64,000 nucleotides of DNA, taken from positions 57,378 to 121,377 of the forward strand of contig JAZKZH010000007.1 in NCBI GenBank assembly GCA_045612545.1, given 5' to 3'. The DNA comes from Eubacteriales bacterium. Its GTDB lineage: Bacteria; Bacillota; Clostridia; Oscillospirales; CAG-382. A program made the position numbers and the translations under genes. Numbering within the stretch: the stretch's first letter is position 1; each line of letters starts with the position of its first letter. The notes beneath the pieces are model-generated. The model saw only the letters and a list, made by a program, of their open reading frames with translations. It ran no database searches and was not told the DNA's origin. Shown here piece by piece: positions 12,748 through 20,801 of this stretch.

Positions 12748-12865
12748 GTAAATACACTCCTTTCCTTTTTTACAGTATACCTCTTGCGCGAAAAAATGTC
12801 AAGAAAAGAAAAAGTTTTTTTACAGAATCCCTTGTGAAAACGAAAAATTGCAGTACAATAACTAA

Positions 12866-13013
12866 AATCGAGTAGAAGGAGTATGACGCTTGCAGGAAAA
12901 GCCGTTTTTCGGCTACCGAAGGAATAACACTCTCAGGTTCTGCATTTTCGCAGATGAAGACTGTAAGCTGACGTCACCCCTCCCCAACACACCGCTGTCG
13001 GGGAGGTTCTTTT
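12866..13013 (+). ncRNA. candidate orphan small RNA (about 150 nt), unclassified
   Basis: Possible promoter TTGTGA (12832)-16-TACAAT (12854). Internal hairpins AGCCG/CGGCT and CTGC/GCAG. Terminator stem CCTCCCC/GGGGAGG (12979-13006) followed by TTCTTTT. No plausible ORF. The next gene has its own strong promoter after this terminator. Confidence 0.25.
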
Positions 13014-13038
13014 GCGATGGCGGCATCCAAAAAAAGTC

Positions 13039-13088
13039 TTGACACCCATTCTTCCTTTTGATACAATAAGGTGACCTGTCACGTCACC
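13039..13088 (+). promoter_or_regulatory. sigma-A promoter plus downstream inverted repeat (possible operator)
   Basis: TTGACA at 13039-13044, a 17-nt spacer ending TGa, and TACAAT at 13062-13067. This is followed immediately by GGTGAC-N7-GTCACC at 13070-13088, just before the RBS of the 13103 gene. Confidence 0.5.
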
Positions 13089-13102
13089 AAGGAGGGCTTT
13101 TT

Positions 13103-14164
13103 ATGAACCTGAATCAAATGCGTCGCCAATCTTTGCAAAACCACTTGACGGTGCTTTATTCCCAAGCGCGGAGCAATCTGCTTTTGATGCTGGGGCTTAC
13201 CGTGTTCAATCTGGTTCTTTTGTTCTCGGGGGCGGGATTTATGCTTCTGTTCTCCGCCACCATGCCTTATTTCGCCGTGATCTTCGGGGTTTTCGAAGAA
13301 ACGGGGACGCTTCTGATCCCCTGCTTCCTTTTTGCGGCGGGACTTTTGATAGGCTATTTCCTTTGCTGGCTTTTCAGCAAAAAGAACTACCGCTGGATAT
13401 TAGCCGCCCTGGTGATGTTTGCCTTAGATACGGTATGCTTGGTGGTGTATTACGTTTGGGCAAGAGATTTTACGGGAGTATGGGATGCGTTGATCCACGC
13501 GTGGGTGCTGTACCACCTGATCAACGGCGTCCGCGCAGGCAGAAAACTGGAGCAGCTTCCTCCGGAGGAGCTTTCCTACGGAAACGATTTCCGCTTGGAG
13601 GACGATCTCGGTGCGGGGAACGAAGCCGTGTCACTTGTACCCAAGGCCAAGGGTAGCCGCAGTACCGATTGGAAGTTTGATTTCACCACCCTTCCCCATT
13701 GGAAGACGCGGCTGGAAATCCCCTATCTTTACGATCTGTTCCTGCCCTTTGAAAAGGCGGAGCTGTTGTTCTGCGTACACTCCGTGACAGAGGTCACCAT
13801 GATGAATTACAGAGGCTTCTTTACTATTTTGGAAAACAAGGAGTCTCCTCGGGTGGTGTTCACCTCCCGCAAAGGGATCTTTGGCCCCAATCTGTATGCA
13901 GACGATCAAGAAAAGCACCTTTGCTTTGAAGCGTATTGCGAGGGGAAGGGCTCCGTTATGCTGCTGTACAGCATCGACCGCAAGGCCTTTGCTATTTTGA
14001 AGCGAAATTCCGGAAACCTGGCGGGAGCCTGCTTCTCCAAGGACGGCAAGACGGTCATCCTGGTGGAGCAAAACCGCCCGCCTTTGCAGTTTGCCATGGA
14101 CGCTCTTCTGTGGCTGCCCGTGGAACGGCTGGAAAAAGTTCTTGAAGAAAACTCGAAAATTTAA
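13103..14164 (+). CDS. hypothetical membrane protein (4-5 N-terminal TM helices plus soluble C-terminal domain)
   Basis: 353 aa. RBS AAGGAGGG is upstream, and the N-terminal half is hydrophobic. Confidence 0.7.
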   Translation: MNLNQMRRQSLQNHLTVLYSQARSNLLLMLGLTVFNLVLLFSGAGFMLLFSATMPYFAVIFGVFEETGTLLIPCFLFAAGLLIGYFLCWLFSKKNYRWILAALVMFALDTVCLVVYYVWARDFTGVWDALIHAWVLYHLINGVRAGRKLEQLPPEELSYGNDFRLEDDLGAGNEAVSLVPKAKGSRSTDWKFDFTTLPHWKTRLEIPYLYDLFLPFEKAELLFCVHSVTEVTMMNYRGFFTILENKESPRVVFTSRKGIFGPNLYADDQEKHLCFEAYCEGKGSVMLLYSIDRKAFAILKRNSGNLAGACFSKDGKTVILVEQNRPPLQFAMDALLWLPVERLEKVLEENSKI

Positions 14165-14244
14165 GTTTTTCCAAAAAATGTGAAACCATCGGCATTTTTT
14201 CACGAGTATATAAGTAGAGAGAACCACAAAAGGAGGTACCCCCT

Positions 14245-14766
14245 ATGCACGGAAAGAAAAAGTGCAAGATCTTAAAAGAGATCAGAAAGCAGATCGCAAA
14301 GGACAACGATATCACCTATATCACCACGGAATGCAAACACCAAGGCAACTGCAAGGGCACCTGTCCCAAGTGTGAAGCGGAGGTGCGCTATCTGGAAGCG
14401 GAGCTGGAAAAGCGCCGCATGGCAGGCAAGCAGGTGGTTGTTGCGGGCATTGCCGCCACCATGCTGCTCACCGCCTCCTGCACACCCGAACCCCAAGATA
14501 TATCCTCTGCCTCTTCCCAAGCGGAAAGCGCGGAAAGCGTTTATAGCGAGACGGTGGACGGCTTGATGGAGCCGCCATCGGAAGAAGTGACAGCTACCAT
14601 GGGAGAGCTCGCACCGGAAAGCAGCGAGGAAGAATTCTGGGAGGGGGAGGTCCCCGAGGAAAGCAGCGAAGAAGAGCTTGTTCCGGGCGGCGTTCCCGGG
14701 CCGGAGGAAAGCAGCGACGAGGTAGAGCTGGGGGGAGATCCCCTGCCTTGGCCGGAGGAAAACTGA
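14245..14766 (+). CDS. Cys4-motif, single-pass membrane protein with acidic Ser/Glu/Pro-rich tail
   Basis: N-terminal CKHQGNCKGTCPKC (CX6CX3CX2C), one TM helix (VVVAGIAATMLLTA), then a low-complexity acidic tail. RBS AAAAGGAGG. Confidence 0.7.
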   Translation: MHGKKKCKILKEIRKQIAKDNDITYITTECKHQGNCKGTCPKCEAEVRYLEAELEKRRMAGKQVVVAGIAATMLLTASCTPEPQDISSASSQAESAESVYSETVDGLMEPPSEEVTATMGELAPESSEEEFWEGEVPEESSEEELVPGGVPGPEESSDEVELGGDPLPWPEEN

Positions 14767-14767
14767 C

Positions 14768-15394
14768 GTGGCCGTTACCGCCCCCGTCATCACCTATTCC
14801 CGCCTGCGGATGACCACCGACGGGGAAGGAGTCACCACTCTGGTGATCTTCCATGATTGCCCGTTGCGGTGTAAGTATTGCTTGAACCCCTATTCCTTTG
14901 CCACTGACACCAAGCGGGAGGAGCTGACCCCCGAGCAGCTTTATGACAAAGTGAAGATCGACGACCTGTACTTCGTGGCCACGGGAGGCGGTGTCACCTT
15001 CGGCGGCGGAGAACCGCTGTTGCGGGCGAACTTTTTGAAGGAATTCCGCGCCCTTTGTGGGGACAGATGGCATCTCTGCGCCGAGACCTCCTTGAACGTC
15101 CCATGGGAGGCGGTGCTGACCGCGGCGAACTGTATGGATATGTTCTACGTGGATTGCAAGGATACCAACCCTGCCATCTACCGAGCCTACACGGGGAAGG
15201 ACAATGGGGAAATGCTGGAGAATCTACGCACCCTGATCTCCCTTGTGGGGGCAGAACGGGTGATGGTGCGGGTCCCTTTGATCCCCGGCTACAACACGGA
15301 ATCAGATCGAGAAAAATCCCGCGCCCTGCTGGAATCCATGGGCGTGACGCAGTTTGACTTTTTTACCTACAAAACGGAAAGGAGAACCCTATGA
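14768..15394 (+). CDS. radical SAM protein, glycyl-radical-enzyme-activase / NrdG-like
   Basis: GTG start 1 nt after the upstream stop. DGEGVTTLVIFHDCPLRCKYCLNP (CX3CX2C) and GGGVTFGGGEPLL are present. It is 208 aa with no C-terminal SPASM-type Cys cluster. Confidence 0.85.
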   Translation: MAVTAPVITYSRLRMTTDGEGVTTLVIFHDCPLRCKYCLNPYSFATDTKREELTPEQLYDKVKIDDLYFVATGGGVTFGGGEPLLRANFLKEFRALCGDRWHLCAETSLNVPWEAVLTAANCMDMFYVDCKDTNPAIYRAYTGKDNGEMLENLRTLISLVGAERVMVRVPLIPGYNTESDREKSRALLESMGVTQFDFFTYKTERRTL

Positions 15395-16716
15395 AACGGA
15401 TTTTTGCTTATCTTTTGACAGTATCCATCCTTTTGCTCTCCCTTGCGGGATGCCAAGCCACCCCGCCTAAGGAAGAAGGTTCTTCCTTGCCTGCCGAAAG
15501 CACAAGCTCTACGGATGATGCCGAAGACACGAGCTCTGTGGGAGATACCACCTCCTGCCCCTCGGAAACCATCAGCTCCACCCATTGGAGCGAGGTGTAT
15601 TACGCTTCCGAAGAGGACATTGTCGCCCCGCTGGAGGGCTTTGTGTGGTCGGAAACCCTTTGGATGGATGAAGACGGAATTGAACACAGCGTGAGTGCAG
15701 ACGGAATGGGCATCTACAGATTTTTGCCCGCAGAGGACGAGTTGGCTACGGTAGCCATTCCCATTCTCTATTCCGAAAGCGGAAAGGTCACGCCCCTCCT
15801 CCCGAAAGACGCAGAGCTGATCAGCGTTGCCCTGCTGGAACAGCCCCGCAAAGGGTATGAACCCGTGCCTTCCTCTTGGGAAGAGATCGAGGCTCTGCCT
15901 CCCGGCAGATATCACGTGGTGACCTGGGTGAAATACACCTACGACGTGAATACCTGCGCCTGCTACGAGTATTTGTTTACCTTAGCCATCGGAGAGACTC
16001 CCGCAGAACGGGAAGAAAAGGTAACCCTCCAGCGGTATGCCCCCGACGGCTGGGGGATCTCCTCCAAAGAGATCGGGGACTACGCCGTGGCGACCCCGTT
16101 TTTGGAAGCTCTCCGCGCCCTGCAACCCACGGGAGAGGTTGAGCCTGCCTTGCCCCACGAGGAGATGGATTCCTACGATGAGATTCCCGCCGAACCCGGC
16201 ACGTTCTGGGTGGTAGCCGAGGGCAAGCTGTATCGGGTAAGCAGAGATTACGACAGCGTTTGCCTTGTAGACACCCGTTACGGCGAAGGACAGATCTTGA
16301 AAATGACGGACGCCTTTGCCTCCCTGCTGTTTAATGCATGGTATTACGCCCCGAAGGACGTTTGGAAAGGCTCTTACAAGCAAGGCGACGAAAAGATAGA
16401 GCTGACAAACGTATTCTCCGCCCCCTCTACGGTACGTATCACCGTGAAGGAGATCCGCATCGGAGAATCGGGGGATCGCTACAACAGAATCGACGGCATC
16501 ACCGTGGAATTGGTCTCCGCAGCGGATCAAACGGTGGAGCTCTCCTTGCGCAGTCAGCAAAGCGAAGACAATCTGGGCAGCGATGACTATAAAGCGGTGG
16601 AGCTAAAGGCAGGTGTCCCCGTTACGGTGGAAATGTCCTTCTACGGCTTCCCCTACGGATATTGGGTAACCCTTTGGACGGACAATACCCGTGTAGAGAT
16701 ACAGATCGATCCGTAA
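15391..16716 (+). CDS. lipoprotein, unknown function (441 aa)
   Basis: ATGA overlap with the radical SAM stop codon. Signal peptide with lipobox LSLAGC. Confidence 0.75.
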   Translation: MKRIFAYLLTVSILLLSLAGCQATPPKEEGSSLPAESTSSTDDAEDTSSVGDTTSCPSETISSTHWSEVYYASEEDIVAPLEGFVWSETLWMDEDGIEHSVSADGMGIYRFLPAEDELATVAIPILYSESGKVTPLLPKDAELISVALLEQPRKGYEPVPSSWEEIEALPPGRYHVVTWVKYTYDVNTCACYEYLFTLAIGETPAEREEKVTLQRYAPDGWGISSKEIGDYAVATPFLEALRALQPTGEVEPALPHEEMDSYDEIPAEPGTFWVVAEGKLYRVSRDYDSVCLVDTRYGEGQILKMTDAFASLLFNAWYYAPKDVWKGSYKQGDEKIELTNVFSAPSTVRITVKEIRIGESGDRYNRIDGITVELVSAADQTVELSLRSQQSEDNLGSDDYKAVELKAGVPVTVEMSFYGFPYGYWVTLWTDNTRVEIQIDP

Positions 16717-16723
16717 AAGCAAG

Positions 16724-16755
16724 AAAGAAGCGGTTTTTGCCGCTTCTTTTTTTCG
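16724..16755 (+). terminator. intrinsic terminator
   Basis: AAGAAGCGG / CCGCTTCTT stem followed by a T-run. The same hairpin sequence recurs at 17408-17436. Confidence 0.7.
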
Positions 16756-16769
16756 TAAATGCAGAACCG

Positions 16770-16798
16770 TTGACAGCCTTGCCCTTTTATGGTATACT
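16770..16798 (+). promoter_or_regulatory. sigma-A promoter (TTGACA-17-TATACT, TGg extended -10)
   Basis: TTGACA at 16770-16775 and TATACT at 16793-16798. Confidence 0.55.
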
Positions 16799-16818
16799 CA
16801 AAGCAAGAGGTGATCTGT

Positions 16819-17403
16819 ATGAAAACAGTTTTACGCAAGATCGGGGAGTTCTTTTCCCTTCTTTTGGCCTTGCCCCTGATTTTACTTTTTTTGCTGTTCA
16901 TTTTATGCAAAGCTCCCGTAGAATATATCCGCTACCGCCGTTCCATATACCGTAAGGAAACGGGAGAAAAAGCCCATTGGTGGCCGTATAACGATTACAT
17001 CCGTATCTACGACACGGTAAGGGCCAACGACCTCCCTCTGACATTTCTGAGGAACACAGCGGCTGACATCACCGGACACGGCTATTGGATCACAGGAAAC
17101 GCCGCCATTACCCCGGATTGTGGGCTGGCGTACGACGGAGACAAAGGGGAGTGGACGGCAGAGGAAGAGGACGATGAAGGCAATCCCGTTGACTGCGAGA
17201 TCGTAGCCTGCCATCTGGAAGCCTGCCACGCCCTGCCGGGAGGAGAGCATTGCAATTTTGTGTACCTTTTGGTGGATAAAGCCGATGTTCCCGAAAGCGC
17301 TGTGTTATCCTTTGATACCTACCGTATTGTTCCCTATAGCCCCAAAGATCCCCTGCCCGCCTTGGAGGAGATCTTAAAGGCGGAGAAGATCAGCCGTTCA
17401 TAA
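16819..17403 (+). CDS. hypothetical N-terminally anchored protein, paralog 1
   Basis: The start MKTVLRK is preceded by AGAGGTGA. It has one N-terminal TM helix and a shared YRRS.Y motif. Its last ~43 codons are nearly identical at DNA level to those of the 17983 gene. Confidence 0.7.
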   Translation: MKTVLRKIGEFFSLLLALPLILLFLLFILCKAPVEYIRYRRSIYRKETGEKAHWWPYNDYIRIYDTVRANDLPLTFLRNTAADITGHGYWITGNAAITPDCGLAYDGDKGEWTAEEEDDEGNPVDCEIVACHLEACHALPGGEHCNFVYLLVDKADVPESAVLSFDTYRIVPYSPKDPLPALEEILKAEKISRS

Positions 17404-17407
17404 CCAC

Positions 17408-17436
17408 AAGAAGCGGTTTTTGCCGCTTCTTTTTTG
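17408..17436 (+). terminator. intrinsic terminator (duplicate of the 16724 hairpin)
   Basis: AAGAAGCGG TTTTTG CCGCTTCTT followed by TTTT. Confidence 0.7.
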
Positions 17437-17517
17437 GGGTTATGCTTTTTGAACGACGAGCTTAACATCCCGGCCCGGCAAAACGGCAAGTTGGTTTTAG
17501 AACCGCAACGGCTACAT

Positions 17518-17918
17518 GTCATCCTGAGGGAGCCGCGAATGCGGCGAGTCGAAGTTTTGCTTTTTGAAATTGCCCGTTGTCTTTGGATACATAGTTTCTT
17601 TTGCAGCAATTTCTAAAAAGCAAAACCGTAAGGGATCTCCTACGAGTCTGATCTACCCCTACAAAGGCAAACTTACATTTTTTGTGATAAAACAGTTCTT
17701 TAGCTTTGGAAAGGTACATCAGACTCTCAGTAGATCCCGCCTGCGGCGGGTTTGCTTCGTTCGCTACGCTCACCTACGCAAAACTTCGACGTGCGCGGAG
17801 ATGACTGCAATACGTAGCCACAGGGAATACAATCCGCGCGTGCTCAGGATGACCAAGTCGGCGAAACAAAACTACGCATAAGACAAAAGCCCTGCGCCGA
17901 CTTGGGATGAGGTTCCTC
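17518..17918. repeat. composite non-coding repeat island with nested inverted repeats
   Basis: The unit GTCATCCTGAG...GTCGAAGTTTTGC at 17518-17560 recurs inverted at 17778-17853. An inner inverted repeat is GAGTCTGAT (17644) / ATCAGACTC (17718). The 38-nt unit at 17689-17726 matches 51885 and 52231 in reverse. A solo MITE-like end GGGATGAGGTTCCT sits at about 17905-17918. Confidence 0.7.
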
Positions 17919-17947
17919 TTGACAGGAACATCCCTCTTTGCTATACT
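17919..17947 (+). promoter_or_regulatory. sigma-A promoter (TTGACA-17-TATACT) for the 5-gene operon
   Basis: TTGACA at 17919-17924 and TATACT at 17942-17947. Confidence 0.55.
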
Positions 17948-17982
17948 GGACACACAACCACCCCGTAAGAAAGGAGACTCCC

Positions 17983-18573
17983 ATGAAAAACGCATTGCGC
18001 TCTGTGCGGGACGTGATCCTGTTGGTTTTGCTCTTGCCCTTGCTCTTGCTGGTTTTCGCCTGTTACCTTCTCACCTTCCCCATCACGTTTTTCCGCTACC
18101 GCCGTTCCCCGTATTACAAGGACACGGGAGAGAAGTGCAAGCTGTGGGGACTTACCGATTACGTCCGCTTGTATAACGTCATCAAGAAAAACGGCCTTCC
18201 CATGACCTACCTGCGGGCAAAGGAAGTCCCTCTCACGGGTTACGGCTATTGGATCTTGGGCAACGCCGCCGTGACCTTCGGCTACGAGCCGGAATACGAC
18301 GAGCAAACGGAAGCCTGGCTGTCCAAACAAGAGGATGAGGAGGGAGAACCCTCTGCACCTCGCCCTTTATGGGAAGCTTATCTGGAGGAGTGCAATTCCC
18401 TCCCCGGGGGAGAAGGGTGCGGCTTTGTGTACCTTTTGGTGGATAAAGCCGATGTTCCCGAAAGCGCTGTGTTATCCTTTGATACCTACCGCATTGTTCC
18501 CTATAGCCCCAAAGATCCCCTGCCCGCCTTGGAGGAGATCTTAAAGGCGGAAAATATCCCCTCGGAGGTATAA
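17983..18573 (+). CDS. hypothetical N-terminally anchored protein, paralog 2
   Basis: The start MKNALRS is preceded by AAAGGAGA. The architecture matches the 16819 gene, and bases 18424-18551 match 17257-17384 at 127 of 128 positions. Confidence 0.7.
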   Translation: MKNALRSVRDVILLVLLLPLLLLVFACYLLTFPITFFRYRRSPYYKDTGEKCKLWGLTDYVRLYNVIKKNGLPMTYLRAKEVPLTGYGYWILGNAAVTFGYEPEYDEQTEAWLSKQEDEEGEPSAPRPLWEAYLEECNSLPGGEGCGFVYLLVDKADVPESAVLSFDTYRIVPYSPKDPLPALEEILKAENIPSEV

Positions 18574-18575
18574 CA

Positions 18576-19196
18576 ATGGCAAAAGACCTTTATAAATACG
18601 ATGACCCGGAAGACGAACGGTTGCTTCTCACCCCGGAGATGATCTTCTCCCACCAAAAGAAGAAGGCAGTAGAAGACCTGCTGATGTCCTTGGGGGCGTT
18701 GGTATTTTTCGTTCTCTTCTGGATCGCCGACATCGTGGCCATCTCCGAAGTCCTTGGCGCAGAGGAAGCCACCTTCTCTCCTTTGCTCGCCATCGCTCCC
18801 ATCCTGGCCGGCGGCTTGTTTACCAGCTGTTTCTGCATCCATCAATGGATCCAAACCGCGTCTTCCGTCTCCTGCGCCTGGGGCAGAAGGTACCGCATGG
18901 ATGTGGACACCCTGGAACGGGTCTCCGAGGGAGAATACGAAAAGCTCCCCTTCTTCTCCTTCAAGCGTTTTTGGGGACGGGGAAGAGGGAACTTGGCATA
19001 CAGAGAACGGCAAACCACCGTCACTGCCTACTACTTTGCAAAGAACGGCAGAGCCATCTCCCGCCATATCACTACCCACGACGGGGATTTTGACGGCGAC
19101 ACCTTCTATTTGATCATCCGCGAGAAGGACGGTGTGATCATCGGGGCTTACAACACCAAGAAATACCGTTTGGAGACGGAAAATGGAACAACGTAA
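18576..19196 (+). CDS. hypothetical membrane protein (2 TM helices plus soluble domain)
   Basis: 206 aa. RBS GGAGG precedes it, and it starts 2 nt after the previous stop codon. Confidence 0.65.
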   Translation: MAKDLYKYDDPEDERLLLTPEMIFSHQKKKAVEDLLMSLGALVFFVLFWIADIVAISEVLGAEEATFSPLLAIAPILAGGLFTSCFCIHQWIQTASSVSCAWGRRYRMDVDTLERVSEGEYEKLPFFSFKRFWGRGRGNLAYRERQTTVTAYYFAKNGRAISRHITTHDGDFDGDTFYLIIREKDGVIIGAYNTKKYRLETENGTT

Positions 19197-19752
19197 ATTT
19201 ATTGAATTTTTATCCTTGGCAGAAAAGCTGAAATGCAACACCCGCCATTCCTTCACCACCTCCGGCAGAAAGGAATCCGTGGCGGAGCATTCCTGGCGGC
19301 TGGCCTTGATGGCCATGCTGTGCGCCGATGAATACCCCCATTTGGACATGAACAAGGTGATCAAAATGTGCCTCATCCACGATCTGGGGGAGGCAGTGAC
19401 GGGGGACGTTCCCGCCTTTTACAAGACGGAAGCCCACCGCAGAACGGAGGACAAGGCGGTGGAGACCCTGCTGGCATCTCTCCCCTCTCCCCACAGGGAA
19501 GAATTCGCCGCCCTTTTTGCAGAAATGGAAGCAAGAGAAACGGAAGAAGCCAAGCTTTGGAAGGCGCTGGACAACATAGAGGCGGTAATTTCCCACAACG
19601 AGGCGGCTCTTTCCACCTGGATTCCCTTGGAATACACCGAGAATTTGGTGTACGGCGAGGCGAACTGCGCCTTCTCCCCTTGGACGGCGGCTCTGCGGGA
19701 GATGCTGAAGCAGGACTCCATAGAGAAGATGGAAAAGGAGAACCAACCGTGA
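19183..19752 (+). CDS. HD-domain phosphohydrolase (YfbR/HDDC2-like 5'-nucleotidase family)
   Basis: SVAEHSWR and IHDLGEAVTGD form the H...HD...D metal motif. It overlaps the upstream gene by 14 nt. Confidence 0.8.
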   Translation: MEQRKFIEFLSLAEKLKCNTRHSFTTSGRKESVAEHSWRLALMAMLCADEYPHLDMNKVIKMCLIHDLGEAVTGDVPAFYKTEAHRRTEDKAVETLLASLPSPHREEFAALFAEMEARETEEAKLWKALDNIEAVISHNEAALSTWIPLEYTENLVYGEANCAFSPWTAALREMLKQDSIEKMEKENQP

Positions 19753-20786
19753 GCAAAAGCTTCGTCTCCAACACCACCGCCGCAGGGGCGAACCAATTCT
19801 TTTTTGAAAGCGCCCCCGAGGAAAAGCACACCTGCCGTGTGTTTTATCGGGTCACCGTGGCGGGAACGCACCCCTATTCCTTGACCTTTACCAATGTTTT
19901 GGACAGCACCTATGCCGATGGCAGTGTGGGAAGAGCCAACATGGCATGCCTCCCTTGGCAGATCCAAAGCTTGAAAATAGCCCCCTGTAAGGGTATCACC
20001 GAAGAAGCCCTTCCCTTCGTCACCTTGGCGGAAGAGGTCACCGTCACGGCGGAAAAGCCTTACACCACTCCTGCGTTGGAGCTGACGGTGGAAAGCTACC
20101 TCTGTATTGAAATGACCTTTTCCGGCTCCATGCTCCCCTACCACGAGGAGACCCTGCTCCCCATTCTGAAAAAGACGGAAGCAGGCTGGCAACCCACCAA
20201 GAAAATGCCCCTGCCCTGGTTGGTGGGCATTCAGCGGGAGGTCAAGGGGAAAATAGGCTTTGTGGGGGATTCCATCACCCAGGGCATCGGCACCCCCGTG
20301 GATTCCTATACCCATTGGAACGCCCTCCTCACCGAGAAGCTGAAAGAAAACTACGCCTGCCACAATCTGGGCATCGGCTACGCCCGCGCCCACGATCTTG
20401 CCACCATGGGTGCGTGGATGGAAAAGGTGACGGAGCAGGACGTGATCTTTTTGTGCCTTGGGGCAAACGACATTCTGCAAGGCTATCCCGAACAGCAGAT
20501 CAAAAAAGATCTGGCAGATATTCTTGCCGCATTGAAAACCGCAGGGAAAACCGTCGTCCTCCAGGCCGTCCCGCCCTTTGAATACGGAGAAGAAAAGCTT
20601 GCCGTTTGGGAGCGGGTGAACCACTACGTGAAAGAAACCCTCGCTCCAAAAGCAGATCTGTACTTCGACCCCGCCACCGTGCTGACTTCCGACGGCAAAA
20701 CGCCCCTTTACGGCGGCCACCCGAGCGCAAATGGCTGTGCCTTGTGGGCGAAAGCGCTGTACCAAGCGGTGCGCCATTTATTTTAA
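19749..20786 (+). CDS. SGNH/GDSL-family hydrolase with N-terminal unknown domain
   Basis: GTGA start/stop overlap with the HD gene. Block I is FVGDSITQG, block III is GANDIL, and block V is GGHPSANG. Confidence 0.75.
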   Translation: MSKSFVSNTTAAGANQFFFESAPEEKHTCRVFYRVTVAGTHPYSLTFTNVLDSTYADGSVGRANMACLPWQIQSLKIAPCKGITEEALPFVTLAEEVTVTAEKPYTTPALELTVESYLCIEMTFSGSMLPYHEETLLPILKKTEAGWQPTKKMPLPWLVGIQREVKGKIGFVGDSITQGIGTPVDSYTHWNALLTEKLKENYACHNLGIGYARAHDLATMGAWMEKVTEQDVIFLCLGANDILQGYPEQQIKKDLADILAALKTAGKTVVLQAVPPFEYGEEKLAVWERVNHYVKETLAPKADLYFDPATVLTSDGKTPLYGGHPSANGCALWAKALYQAVRHLF

Positions 20787-20801
20787 GGAAAGGAGCACTT
20801 T

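Noticed and set aside
12884-12928. 14-codon mini-ORF (MTLAGKAVFRLPKE) inside the candidate sRNA
   Set aside because: The putative RBS ends 1 nt from the ATG, and there is no evidence for a leader peptide function.
18644-18658. 15-nt perfect match (CTTCTCCCACCAAAA) to the 3' end of tRNA-Tyr (9368-9382), which could mark a 9.3 kb island from 9380 to 18643
   Set aside because: Unlike the tRNA-Val case, there is no similarity beyond the 15-mer. The match lies in-frame inside a CDS (MIFSHQKKK), and no integrase is present. I treat it as probable chance or compositional coincidence, but it could be revisited by comparative genomics.
19368-19748. N-terminal 127 codons of ORF 19368-20786
   Set aside because: This part overlaps the HD-domain gene in another frame and is Gly/Arg-rich. 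A GTG at 19749 forms a GTGA overlap with the HD stop codon and gives a sensible SGNH protein start.
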